64,000 bases of DNA, from the NCBI RefSeq assembly GCF_009914755.1, contig NC_060926.1, one strand, 5' to 3'. Positions 39,750-55,089 of the stretch are shown in pieces (the first letter of the stretch is position 1; each line of letters opens with the position of its first letter). The position numbers were made by a program, and so were the translations under genes. This stretch comes from the human T2T-CHM13v2.0 reference genome, Homo sapiens. Below the pieces are notes generated by a model. That model was not told where the DNA came from. It saw only the letters and a list, made by a program, of their open reading frames with translations, and searched no databases.

Positions 39750-40460
39750 CCATAAACACTCATTGAATGCTACATCTTCATCTGCTCTAGTGCCCTCAAG
39801 GCATTAAGAGCCAAGTTGAGGGAAGCAGATCATACACAACTAACCGTAGCCCAAGATAAACAGTGATAAGTGGTGGAAGCTTAAGTCACACAAAGATCCA
39901 GGGGACAAAAGGGGAGTCAGAAAGGACAAGGGGATGAGAAGGGACTTCGAAAGAAAAGGCATAAAGGCATGAGTGAAGGACACATTCTGAACATAAAAAT
40001 CACCTGGTATATCTGGAGTAGAGGTAGGTCCAAAGAAAGGAGGCCAGGAAAAAAAAGGAGCTTGGAGACAGATTTTGGATCTTCTATCATATTCAAACGC
40101 TTGATTTCTATTGTGTAAGCTCGCAGAGTCATTAAAGGTTTTGAGGAGAAATGACATGATCAGATCTGAATTTTAAAAGAGTAATTTTGGCAACAATGTT
40201 GAGATTGTACTTAAAAGAAGGGTTGTTAGTTGGGGAAACCAGGGAGAGATCACTAGAGTCTGGGCCAGGGAGTAGCAGTGGTGGCATGGAGGAAGGAACA
40301 GGCTTAACACACTTTTGAAATAAAAGTGACAGAACTTAGTGACCATGGTATATGAGTTGGTTAGTCGAGAAAGAGAAATAAACCTGAGGCTTTTCACTAG
40401 CATAATCAAGTAGATGATAATGCAATTAACTAAGATGCAGTATGCAGGTGAAGAAGATGA
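39750..40460 (-). mobile_element. L2 fragment
   Basis: aaacactcattgaatgcta...tgccctcaag...tgacatgatcagatctgaattttaaaag...gggagtagcagtgg motifs. Confidence 0.55.
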
Positions 40461-43400
40461 GGTGTCAGTAGGTTATCCAGAAAGAATGAAAGAAAGAAAT
40501 CTCAGGAAATTATTAATTCCCATCTGGATCTTAGAAGTGGGATCATGACCAATGATGGTTATATTCTTATCACTCCAGATTCTGGATGGTCCCAAGCCAG
40601 GGGGGATTAAATAAGAGTAAGAGGAGTGGCTTGCCCTGATCATCTCTAACCCAACCATATTGATCAGTAATGAGCATTGCAAAAGCTTGGCTTTTGAAAT
40701 AGAAAGAGTCCTATTTATCAGATGCCATGCATAAAATAGGAAATAATAGCTACAACTTGCATCTCCTATCCTTCATCCCAGGGCATTATTCTCTCCAAAT
40801 TCAGGTGTTATCCCTTAGGATGGGTCCAGTTGACCATGGATGCAATGTTGATGACCACCCCAGTTCTATGACTTGTCTGTTCTGGGTCCCTGTAGATGTT
40901 GCTTGCTTTAGAGAAAGAGGAATTGAGTTTCAAAACATTATCTGAGCTAGTAGGATGCAGGCTACATCACATCGGTGGGCTTATTTTATCTTCAACTCCT
41001 CCTCTGTCATCATCAGTGTTGGCTCTATTAATTGGTCTATTGTCCCAAGACAGTTACATCTGAAATTGAGACAGCATCTTTTTCTTCTAATTGCTTTATT
41101 TGTCCTTGATATTCACTCATTAGACACCAGGTATATATTTACCTTAGCTCCATTTATTTTGTTTAGGGACAAAACATCTGATCATCGAGGAATAACATCC
41201 TAAGTCAGCAGTGGCCAGAACAAAGTTATTAATTTTCTGTGATCCCAAAATATTTGACATTTATTCTAATGTTCTCATTTGCCAAAGTTCATAATATCTT
41301 ATAGGAATTTCCGAAATTCCTATAACATATAAATGATGCCAGTTCTAGGGAATAGATGAACTCATTCAGGCTGAGCTCACAATGGAGAGAATTAAAAAGT
41401 CCAAAATGAGACTTAGTGTAGTTTTCATATTGAAGTGACAAGTAGAGAAAAAGGGAGATCAGAAAAACTAAGGACTAGTCATTGGAGGGATGTTCCTAGG
41501 AGAAAATGTTACAGAAGCCACAAGAGTAGATGTTGCACAGGGTTAAAATCTGCATCTGCCAAATATGAGAAAGGAGAAGCATTTTACAATGGATCGCTCA
41601 GTGACTTTGCAGAATGATGGTGGATGCTGAAGATAGAACAAGGTTTCTTGTGCTGTACTTCTTCATTTCACTTTTATATAACAGTGGCAAATTGCAATAT
41701 CTTCTCCAGCTCCTGAAGGACCATCTGAAAATAATTTCCCCACTCATAGCTTGGGGAACTTTGAATACAAATATTTTCCTCTAGAAATGCCTTTCATCCG
41801 GGGCACACGATGTTTGTCAACATCATCCATGATAAAAAGGCATCTCTCTGTGCTTTGGCATCTCACCCTGTCACTCCAACAGCTGTTTCTGAAAGCCAGC
41901 TTCTACTTTTATTTGTTCACAACCACCTGGATTTGCTATCTTGCTGGCCATGGATGCTAACTGACACTGGCTTCTAAATGAATATAAATTGATTTATTTG
42001 CTTGTATAATGAGAAAAGTACAAATACAATTTTTCAAAAGGGTAAACAGGCTTTGGTAAGTATATAAAGCAGCTTCAACTCAATGGAATATTGGGTTAAA
42101 ATAAAGTGATTAAAGTCTGTTTCATTACTTATTCATCCATTTATCTTAGATTAAATCCTTTAACCAACCATTCCAACCACAAAAAAATGGTGATGGTAAC
42201 CTTGCTTTTGTCCTTGTATTTCAGCCAGTTAGATTTCCAGCGTGATCTGTGATTTTCAAATGACAATTATTGAGTTTTCTCATTTATACATTACAAGAAT
42301 AGTGGATGATGAGTTGATGAATTTAAAATCTACCTTCAGGGCCAGTCTGGAAAACCACAGTAGATTAAATCTGGTTACATAATTTATTGTGATTTCTTCT
42401 CCAGATACCTTTGAATGTATTATACAATCATGCAGTCATAAAACTGCCTTTGAATTATTTTCTATTTTGATCCAATTCCTATGCTCTCATATACATGCAT
42501 GTGAGCATACTCTAAATAATCTACATTTTATGATGTGCCCATTCTAAAATTAAGTTAGTTTTTAATTTCTTAGTGGGAAGTGTTTCTGACAACTCCAGCA
42601 TGAAAAGGAGAGGAGGAGACTGGGTTTGCAGGCTAGCTCTTAGAGAGAACTTGTAATTCCTCCCAGTTACATCACCTGTGCTTTCATTCCTGGTGCCAGA
42701 GGATCAATCGTGCTTGATTAGAGAAGCACATTCACAGCAACACAATCTGTGCAAAGCAGGAAAACTTCAAGAGGAGATGGGGCATTTACCTTTGTCTTGG
42801 AAGGAAATTTTGCAGTAATATAACAACAAAAATCACATTAAATAGTAACGTATAAATTGGTGACTTCCAGTCTTTTTAGAACATAGTTTAAATATAGGAA
42901 AGCAAGTAGAATACTTCTTCCAGATCATCAAATCCACATCCAATGTCATTCCTTCCCTTTTTACAGCAAAATTTCTCACCAATTTTCTCTAGAGAACCAT
43001 CAAAGTTTAATACAATTAATTACATTAATTTGAGAGGAAGAGCCTATCTGTAATCTAAGTGAATAAAGTAAAAATTGAAGAAAAATTAGCAAAAAAATCT
43101 ACACACTGGAAAAATAAATTCAAATTACCAACTATGATACAGCAGTTGGAAACAAGATGAGATATCTTTATTGTTGCAAAGGTGTTTCAATCACCAGGGC
43201 CATTATTCTCTATGCAAGACACTTGGCCGAATCTTCTTTCTTGTGTTTGAACCAATAGCAAAGCTCGTGCTCAGCTATTTCCAATTCCCCAGACATGACA
43301 CCTAAGAGGAACCCATAACACCTATTCCTTGCGTGGTGGAATTTTCCTAACTCACTAAGCTATGGTCCTAACACTACTAGAAAGGAAACTTCCCAAATTC

Positions 43401-44002
43401 TCCTTTTGAAGAAATGTATGTTGTTCTTGCCAGCTAACATATTTTCTTCAGCAGACAAATGTGATTCTTACACAGGTTGGGTAAGTGTGCTCGTCTGTAA
43501 TTCAATAACTATATGAGTTTTACAGCAAGATCTTATGGACTGGTTGGTATGAGTGTGATAAATCAGTCTTTTCCTTTGGGAAAAATGATCTTTAGGATCA
43601 TTCCTTGGAAAAAGATTAAACCCGGGAATGATCACTTATGTAAATTAGAGGTTATAAACAGAGAATAATCAGTTTTAAGAAGCAGAATTAAATAACAGTC
43701 ACTTGTTTGGTATTTTCAGCAATTTATATACAGATACATAATGGTAAATTATGGTTCTTACTGCTTATAATGTATTTAATGGAATCAAAATGTATTGCTT
43801 TTCAAATATGCCTTAAATGTTTTGATACATTGCCTCTTTTAAACTTCACAATAACTCTATGAGATAAATATTTTTATATTCATTTCATGTTAAAGAAATG
43901 AGAACCCATAAGGCTAAATAACTTGTCCACTATCACACAGATAATAAATGACTGAGAAGTACATGAATCCTTGTGATTGAAAACCCATCTTCATCCATGT
44001 CC

Positions 44003-44195
44003 GTGTGGGCTGGGGGGAGGGGGGAGGGATAGCATTACCTAATGTACATGACGAGTTGATGGGTGCAGCACACCAACATGGCACATGTATACATATGTAA
44101 CAAACCTGCACGTTGTGCACATGTGCCCTAGAACTTAAAGTATAATAATATATATATATAAAGAAAAAAGAATTTAAAAAAATTTAAAAAAAAGA
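44003..44195 (+). mobile_element. Short L1PA 3'-end insertion next to a MIR relic
   Basis: G-rich tract, gacgagttgatgggtgcagcacacc...cctagaacttaaagtataat and an A-rich tail. Confidence 0.9.
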
Positions 44196-44520
44196 ATATG
44201 TAGAACTTTAAATAAATCAAAAAAAGAAATGCTAATTATAAAAAGGGCATTAGCTTCTTATACTTGAGAATTTATTGAAATTTGCAGTTATATTTTTATT
44301 AAAATAAAACCCTCATCCTAATCCTGAAAGGAGAAACTGTGTAGTAGCATACAAAGAACATTAACTTTCTAATCCTGACCTTACTGTTTCTTGGTTATGT
44401 AACTTTAGGCAGCTTACTTACTTTTTTCTGTGCCTCAGTTTCTATACTTGAAAAATGGTGACACTGCTAGGTACACACACACACACACACACACAAAATA
44501 CAATTAAAAAGTGGGTGAAA

Positions 44521-44975
44521 TTCACAATAGCAAAGACATGGAATCAACCCAAATGCCCATCAATGATAGTCTGGATAAAGAAAGTGTGGTACATATACAA
44601 CATGGAATACTATGCAGCCATAAAAAGGAACGAGATCATGTCCTTTTCAGGGGCATGGGTGGAGTTAGAAGCCATTATCCTCAGCAAACTAATGCAGGAA
44701 CAGAAAATCAAACACCACATGTTCTCACTTATAAGTGGCAGCTGAACAATGAGAACACATGGACACAGGGAGGGCAACAACACACACTGGGACCTGTCAG
44801 AGGGGGTAGGGGGAAGGAGAGTATCAGAATAAATAGCTAATGCATGCTGGACTTAATAGGTAGGTGATGGGTGGTTAGGTGCAGCAAACCACCATGGCAA
44901 ATGTTTACCTATGTAACAAACCTGCATGTCCTGCACATGTATCCCAGAAAGTAAAATTAAATTAAATTAATTTTT
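44521..44975 (+). mobile_element. 5'-truncated older L1PA (ORF2 C-terminus plus 3'UTR) inserted in a MIR
   Basis: Encodes FTIAKTWNQPKCPS...MFSLISGS. TSD aaaaagtgggtgaa/aaaaagtgagtgaa. Confidence 0.9.
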
Positions 44976-45019
44976 GTTTTTTAAAAAGTGAGTGAATAGC
45001 TCACAGGATTGTTGTGAAA

Positions 45020-45337
45020 TTTTATTTTATTATTTTATTTTATTTTTAGAGACAGAGTCTTGCTCTGTCACCCAGACTGGAGCACAGTGACACGATAATG
45101 ACTTACTGCAGCCTCGAATTCCTAGACTCAAGTCATCCTCCTGCTTCAGTCTCTCAAGCAGCTCAGATTACAGGCATGCACCACCACACCCAGCTAATTT
45201 TTTAAAATTTTATTTTTTGTAGAGATAAGGTCTCATTTTGTTGCCCAGTCTGGTCTCAAACTCCTGGCCTCAAGCAATTCTCCCACCTCGGCCTCCCAAA
45301 GCCCTGGAATTACAGGCATGAGCCACTGCAACTGGCT
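45020..45337 (-). mobile_element. AluJ
   Basis: (ATTTT)n tail followed by an antisense dimer. TSD ttgttgtgaa on both sides. Confidence 0.9.
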
Positions 45338-45606
45338 TGTTGTGAATTTAAAATAAAATAATGTGTAGAGTTGTCTAATAAAGTACGTAATTGTAAGTGC
45401 TACATTTTTCTGCTGTTCCACTCTTTATATTTTTATGTTTAATAAAATATCACAGCATAAAATTTTATCAGAAGAATATACTATCATATTTTTTGTACCA
45501 TGCTGTTCATTAAACTTGTATTATGAACATCTTTTCAATTCAATATAGGTTTGCATTATTTTTTATGACTTTATTGCATTTCATTTTGTGAATATATTAT
45601 AGCTGA

Positions 45607-45955
<349 letters not shown>

Positions 45956-46512
45956 GGTCTGTTTTCAAATTTTCACTATTATAAGTGGTTCTGTTTTCCC
46001 ATATCCCCACAAAGATTTGTAGTTATTTCCTTTGCAAAATTTTCTAGAAATGAAATTGTTGCGTCAAATGGTATCCAGATTTACAAGGGATTTTTATATA
46101 TGTAGCCAAATTGTCTCCAGAAACTGTGTGTTAAGTTTTATGTTCACAATAGAGGGATACTTCCCCACTTCAATTCGTTTTCAATTTAGATCCTTTTGAT
46201 AACAAGTGATGAAACACCATTCTCTTATTAAGTTTAAAAAATTTTTTTTGTCTTTTTCTTTTTTTTTTAATGGGTTTTCTTTTTTATTTATTTATTTATT
46301 TATTTTTTATACTTTAAGTTTTAGGGTACATGTGCACAATGTGCAGGTTAGTTACATATGTATATATGTGCCATGCTGGTGCGCTGCACCCACTAACTCG
46401 TCATCTAGCATTAGGTATATCTCCCAATGCTATCCCTCCCCCCTCCCCCCACCCCACCACAGGCCCCAGAGTGTGTGATATTCTCCTTCCTGTGTCCATG
46501 TGACCTCATTGT

Positions 46513-50339
<3,827 letters not shown>

Positions 50340-50402
50340 TATGATGTTAGCTGGTGATTTTGCTCGTTGGTTGATGCAGTTTCTTCCTAGTCTCGATGGT
50401 CT

Positions 50403-51419
50403 TTACATTTTGGCATGATTTTGCAGCGGCTGGTAACGGTTGTTCCTTTCCATGTTTAGCGCTTCCTTCAGGAGCTCTTTTAGGGCAGGCCTGGTGGTGA
50501 CAAAATCTCTCAGCATTTGCTTGTCTGTAAAGTATTTTATTTCTCCTTCACTTATGAAGCTTAGTTTGGCTGGATATGAAATTCTGGGTTGAAAATTCTT
50601 TTCTTTAAGAATGTTGAATATTGGCCCCCACTCTCTTCTGGCTTGTAGGGTTTCTGCCGAGAGATCTGCTGTTAGTATGATGGGCTTCCTTTTGAGGGTA
50701 ACCCGACCTTTCTCTCTGGCTGCCCTTAACATTTTTTCCTTCATTTCAACTTTGGTGAATCTGACAATTATGTGTCTTGGAGTTGCTCTTCTCGAGGAGT
50801 ATCTTTGTGGTGTTCTCTGTATTTCCTGAATCTGAACGTTGGCCTGCCTTGCTAGATTAGGGAAGTTCTCCTGGATAATATCCTGCAGAGTGTTTTCCAA
50901 CTTGTTTCCATTCTCCCCATCACTTTCAGGTACACCAATCAGACGTAGATTTGGTCTTTTCACATAGTCCCATATTTCTTGGAGGCTTTGCTCATTTCTT
51001 TTTATTCTTTTTTCTCTAAACTTCCTTTCTCGCTTCATTTCATTCATTTCATCTTCCATCGCTGATACCCTTTCTTCCAGTTGATCACATCGGCTCCTGA
51101 GGCTTCTGCATTCTTCACGTAGTTCTCGAGCCTTGGTTTTCAGCTCCATCAGTTCCTTTAAGCACTTCTCTGTATTGGTTATTCTAGTTATACATTCTTC
51201 TAAATTTTTTTCAAAGTTTTCAACTTCTTTGCCTTTGGTTTGAATGTCCTCCCATAGTTCAGAGTAATTTGATCGTCTGAAGCCTTCTTCTCTCAGCTCG
51301 TCAAAGTCATTCTCCATCCAGCTTTGTTCCGTTGCTGGTGAGGAACTGCGTTCCTTTGGAGGAGGAGAGGCGCTCTGCGTTTTAGAGTTTCCAGTTTTTC
51401 TGTTCTGTTTTTTCCCCAT
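50403..51419 (-). CDS. LINE-1 ORF1p, open 338-aa frame
   Basis: MGKKQNRKTGNSKTQSASPPPKERSSSP...YQPLQNHAKM, full length, with REKG, ARR and YPAKLS motifs present. Confidence 0.93.
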   Translation of the reverse strand: MGKKQNRKTGNSKTQSASPPPKERSSSPATEQSWMENDFDELREEGFRRSNYSELWEDIQTKGKEVENFEKNLEECITRITNTEKCLKELMELKTKARELREECRSLRSRCDQLEERVSAMEDEMNEMKRERKFREKRIKRNEQSLQEIWDYVKRPNLRLIGVPESDGENGNKLENTLQDIIQENFPNLARQANVQIQEIQRTPQRYSSRRATPRHIIVRFTKVEMKEKMLRAAREKGRVTLKRKPIILTADLSAETLQARREWGPIFNILKEKNFQPRISYPAKLSFISEGEIKYFTDKQMLRDFVTTRPALKELLKEALNMERNNRYQPLQNHAKM

Positions 51420-52325
51420 CTTTGTGGTTTTATCTACTTTTGGTCTTTGATGATGGTGATGTACAGATGGGTTTTTGGTGTGGATGTCCTTTCTGTTTGT
51501 TAGTTTTCCTTCTAACAGACAGGACCCTCAGCTGCAGGTCTGTTGGAATACCCTGCCGTGTGAGGTGTCAGTGTGCCCCTGCTGGGGAGTGCCTCCCAGT
51601 TAGGCTGCTCGGGGGTCAGGGGTCAGGGACCCACTTGAGGAGGCAGTCTGCCCGTTCTCAGATCTCCAGCTGCGTGCTGGGAGAACCACTGCTCTCTTCC
51701 AAGCTGTCAGACAGTGACATTTAAGTCTGCAGAGGTTACTGCTGTCTTTTTGTTTGTCTGTGCCCTTCCCCCAGAGGTGGAGCCTACAGAGGCAGGCAGG
51801 CCTCCTTGAGCTGTGGTGGGCTCCACCCAGTTGGAGCTTCCGGGCTGCTTTGTTTACCTAAGCAAGCCTGGGCAATGGCGGGCGCCCCTCCCCCAGCCTC
51901 GCTGCCGCCTTGCAGTTTGATCTCAGACTGCTGTGCTAGCAATCAGCGAGACTCCATGGGTGTAGGACCCTCCGAGCCAGGTGCGGGATATAATCTCGTG
52001 GTGCGCCGTTTTTTAAGCAGGTCCAAAAAGCGCAATATTCGGGTGGGAGTGACCTGATTTTCCAGGTGCGTCCGTCACCCCTTTCTTTGACTCAGAAAGG
52101 GAACTCCCTGACCCCTTGCGCTTCCCAAGTGAGGCAATGCCTCGCCCTGCTTCGGCTCGCGCACGGTGCGCGCACCCACTGACCTGCGCCCACTGTCTGG
52201 CACTCCCTAGTGAGATGAACCCGGTACCTCAGATGGAAATGCAGAAATCACCCGTCTTCTGCGTCGCTCACGCTGGGAGCTGTGTACCGGAGCTGTTCCT
52301 ATTCGGCCATCTTGGCTCCTCCCCC
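51420..52325. promoter_or_regulatory. L1 5'UTR bidirectional promoter (CpG-rich, YY1 site intact)
   Basis: Most CpG-dense segment of the window. CAAGATGGCC on the - strand at 52305-52314. Sense and antisense promoter activity is established for young L1 5'UTRs. Confidence 0.75.
51875..52057 (+). CDS. LINE-1 antisense ORF0, truncated to 60 aa
   Basis: MAGAPPPASLPPCSLISDCCASNQRDS...RNIRVGVT* matches the 71-aa primate ORF0 as I recall it. TGA replaces the CGA at codon 61. Confidence 0.8.
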   Translation: MAGAPPPASLPPCSLISDCCASNQRDSMGVGPSEPGAGYNLVVRRFLSRSKKRNIRVGVT

Positions 52326-52362
52326 ACCAAAAAAAATTTTTTAAAAAACCTATGATTTAGAT

Positions 52363-53017
52363 TAGGGATTTGCAAACTTGGTCTGTGAAAAGCCAGGTAG
52401 CAAATATTTCAGATTTCACTCATCGTACCTTCTCTGTCTGCTCAACTCTGCTGTTGTAACATGGAAGCAGCAATAGGCGAAACATAGAGAAATCAGTGTA
52501 GCTGTGTTCTAATAAAAATTCATTCATGGACACTGAAATCTGAATTTCATATAATTTTCACATGTCTCAAAATGTATTTTACTTTAATTTTTGTTCATTT
52601 AAAAATATAAAAAACATTATTGGCCAGTCATGGTGGCTGATGCCTGTAATCCCAGCACTTAGGGAGGCCAATGCAGGGGGATCACTTGAGCCCAGGCGTT
52701 CAAGATCAGCCTGGACCACATGTCGAAAGCTGTCTCTACAAAAAATACAAAAATTAGCCAGGCATGGTGGCTCACACTTTTGGTCCTAGCTACTCAGGAG
52801 ACTGAGGCCAGAGGATCGCTTGAGCCTGCAAGGTCAAGGTTGTAATGAGCCAAGATCGTGCCCAGCACTCCAGCTTGGGTAACAGCATGAGATCCTGTCA
52901 AAAAAAAAGAAAAGAAAAAGAAAAAGTAAATAAAACCATACTCATATGTAAAAACCATCTTTAGCCAACACAAACGATGAACCTCATTTGGCCTAGGCTG
53001 TATTGTAATGACTCCTG
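52363..53017. mobile_element. MER58-type hAT transposon interrupted by an Alu
   Basis: agggatttgcaaact...tcaactctgctgttgtaac...gctgtgttctaataaaa...gacactgaaatctgaatttcatataattttcac, resuming after the Alu to gactcctg. Confidence 0.7.
52622..52926 (+). mobile_element. AluJ
   Basis: ggatcacttgagcccagg, ggatcgcttgagcct and an A-rich tail. Confidence 0.9.
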
Positions 53018-53925
53018 AGTTGGTTAGATGTAGTGAGATTTCACGTGGTTCATACTCCCTGATTTTTACCTCAGGAAGACAAGGGAAGAGGTAGTAGCAT
53101 AGATGGAAAGACAACCATTAAAGAGACTGGTACCCTTTACTCTAAATAAAAAGTTATAGCTTTCATGATCCAATGACTTCAAATCCTGGTCTATAATTTA
53201 CTACCAGTGTAAATTAGCCTTTCCAAACCTCAGGTTTTCCTCAACAATAATGAAGCTAGAATCATCCATATGGTCCCCCTACTTCATGTGGAAGTAGTTA
53301 ACTTTATTCTTCAGTGTTCTGGAAAACTCACGCATGAGGTGATGCAATAATATATTGGATGCATGTGTGAAAATGGACAGTGAAGCTGATATTTATACAT
53401 AAGCAGTTATTTTGCATTGCTTTCTTTGCAACAACAATTAACCTGACGTTCTGGTACTTTGAAGTAATTATTCCCTTGCTTTTGTCTAATATTTTTAGTT
53501 TTATTAAACATTTTCAACCTTTTATTTATTTAAGTCTTAAAATAATCCTCTGGGATATATATTCCTGCCACATTTTATAGAGAGGAAACTGATATGAAGT
53601 CATTTCCCAAGATTATGCAGAATACAGCTAGTTAATAAAAGAACTATATGTTGAACACAGATCTTCTAACGTCATGTTCAGGCTTTTTCCTACATCCAGA
53701 AGGATTCTTTCACATATGAAAAAACTAGGTAGCTACCTTTTCTGTTGGCCCCCTATCCTGGAGCTGCCACTCATTGCCTGGATCTCACAGAAATTCAAAA
53801 TGAGTCTGCCCCTCTCTTCATAGCCTCTGCTGTCGTAAATAGTCATGGTTTAGAACATGACTTTTCAACTTTAAACAACTTCGCAGTTTATCAAACTACT
53901 AGGGATTCTGTGAGTCAAAAGCAGC

Positions 53926-54680
53926 TGTAGTATTATAAAATATATCTTTGATCTTTGTCCCTGTTTCCCAACATAAAAATCCTAAAATCCTTGGAATTTC
54001 CAAAGTGATGTATATTTTTGTGTGCTCATGAGTTGACAGATGGCTGGCAGTCCCTAGGTAACTTCAGGATAGGGGCTAGTCACAAGAAAGACCGAGGCAT
54101 GATTAGAGAGTTGAGACTTTTCAGCCCTACCCCTCAACTTCTGGGGAGGTGAGAGGGGCTGAAAGTATTGATCACCAATACCTAGTGACTTAATCAATCA
54201 TGCTTACATAGTTAAGTGTTCATAAAAGCCCAAAATGACTGTATTCAGAGAGCTTCCAGATAGTTGGACACGTGGAGGTTCCTGGAAGGTAGTGCACCCA
54301 GAGAGAGCATGAAACTCTGCATCACTTCCCACTTGCCTTTCCTATGCATCTCCTCCATCTGGTGCTCATCAGTATCCTTTGTAATATCCTTAAAATAAAC
54401 CAGTAAATTTTAAGTGTTTCCTTGAGTTCTGTCAGCTGCTCTAGCAAATTATTCAAACCCAAGGTGGGGACGGTGGTAGCCTCGATTTATTGCCTTCAAT
54501 GAGAAGCACAGGGAAAACAATCTGGGGCTTGCAATTGACATCTGAAGTGAGGGGCAGGCTTGTAGAAATGAGCCTTCAACCTGTGGGATCTGATGCTATG
54601 TCCAGGAAGATAGTGTCAGAATTGTTTTAAAGTAGAGAATGCTAGCTGGGTTGTGGGGTGTGAGAGTACGGGAAAAACAA
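53926..54680. mobile_element. MER21-like ERV solo LTR
   Basis: aatcctaaaatccttggaatttcc...ttcaggataggggctagtcac..gaaagacc.aggcatgattagag...ggaggttcctgga...tttccttgagttctgt motifs. Confidence 0.7.
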
Positions 54681-55089
54681 ACTGTTTGTTTGATTATTTT
54701 TTCTAAAGACTAGATTAAACCCTGGGCTGGGCAATTGGAGGTCAAAATGATCAGAGATGAACAGACCCACAGAATGAAGCTGACTCACATGAACAAGGAA
54801 GCTGTAGTGAGAACTGCTGCTGTAGTCCATTTAGCATCTTTGTTTCATCCACAGTTCTGTCTTAGTAGGGTCACAGCATAACTTCCATGTTTGTGTGATT
54901 TCCTTCCTTATAATACTTCCCTTCCTTTAAGCTAGTCTGAATGGGTCTCTGTTTCTTCCAACCAAATTAGCTCCAAATAAAACATCCTGATTAAGCCATT
55001 GAACATTTTTATTTCTTTCGTACAATATGTAAATACCTACATAGGTCCATAAAATTTGGGGGAGGAATACAAGAGTCATTAAATATGTT

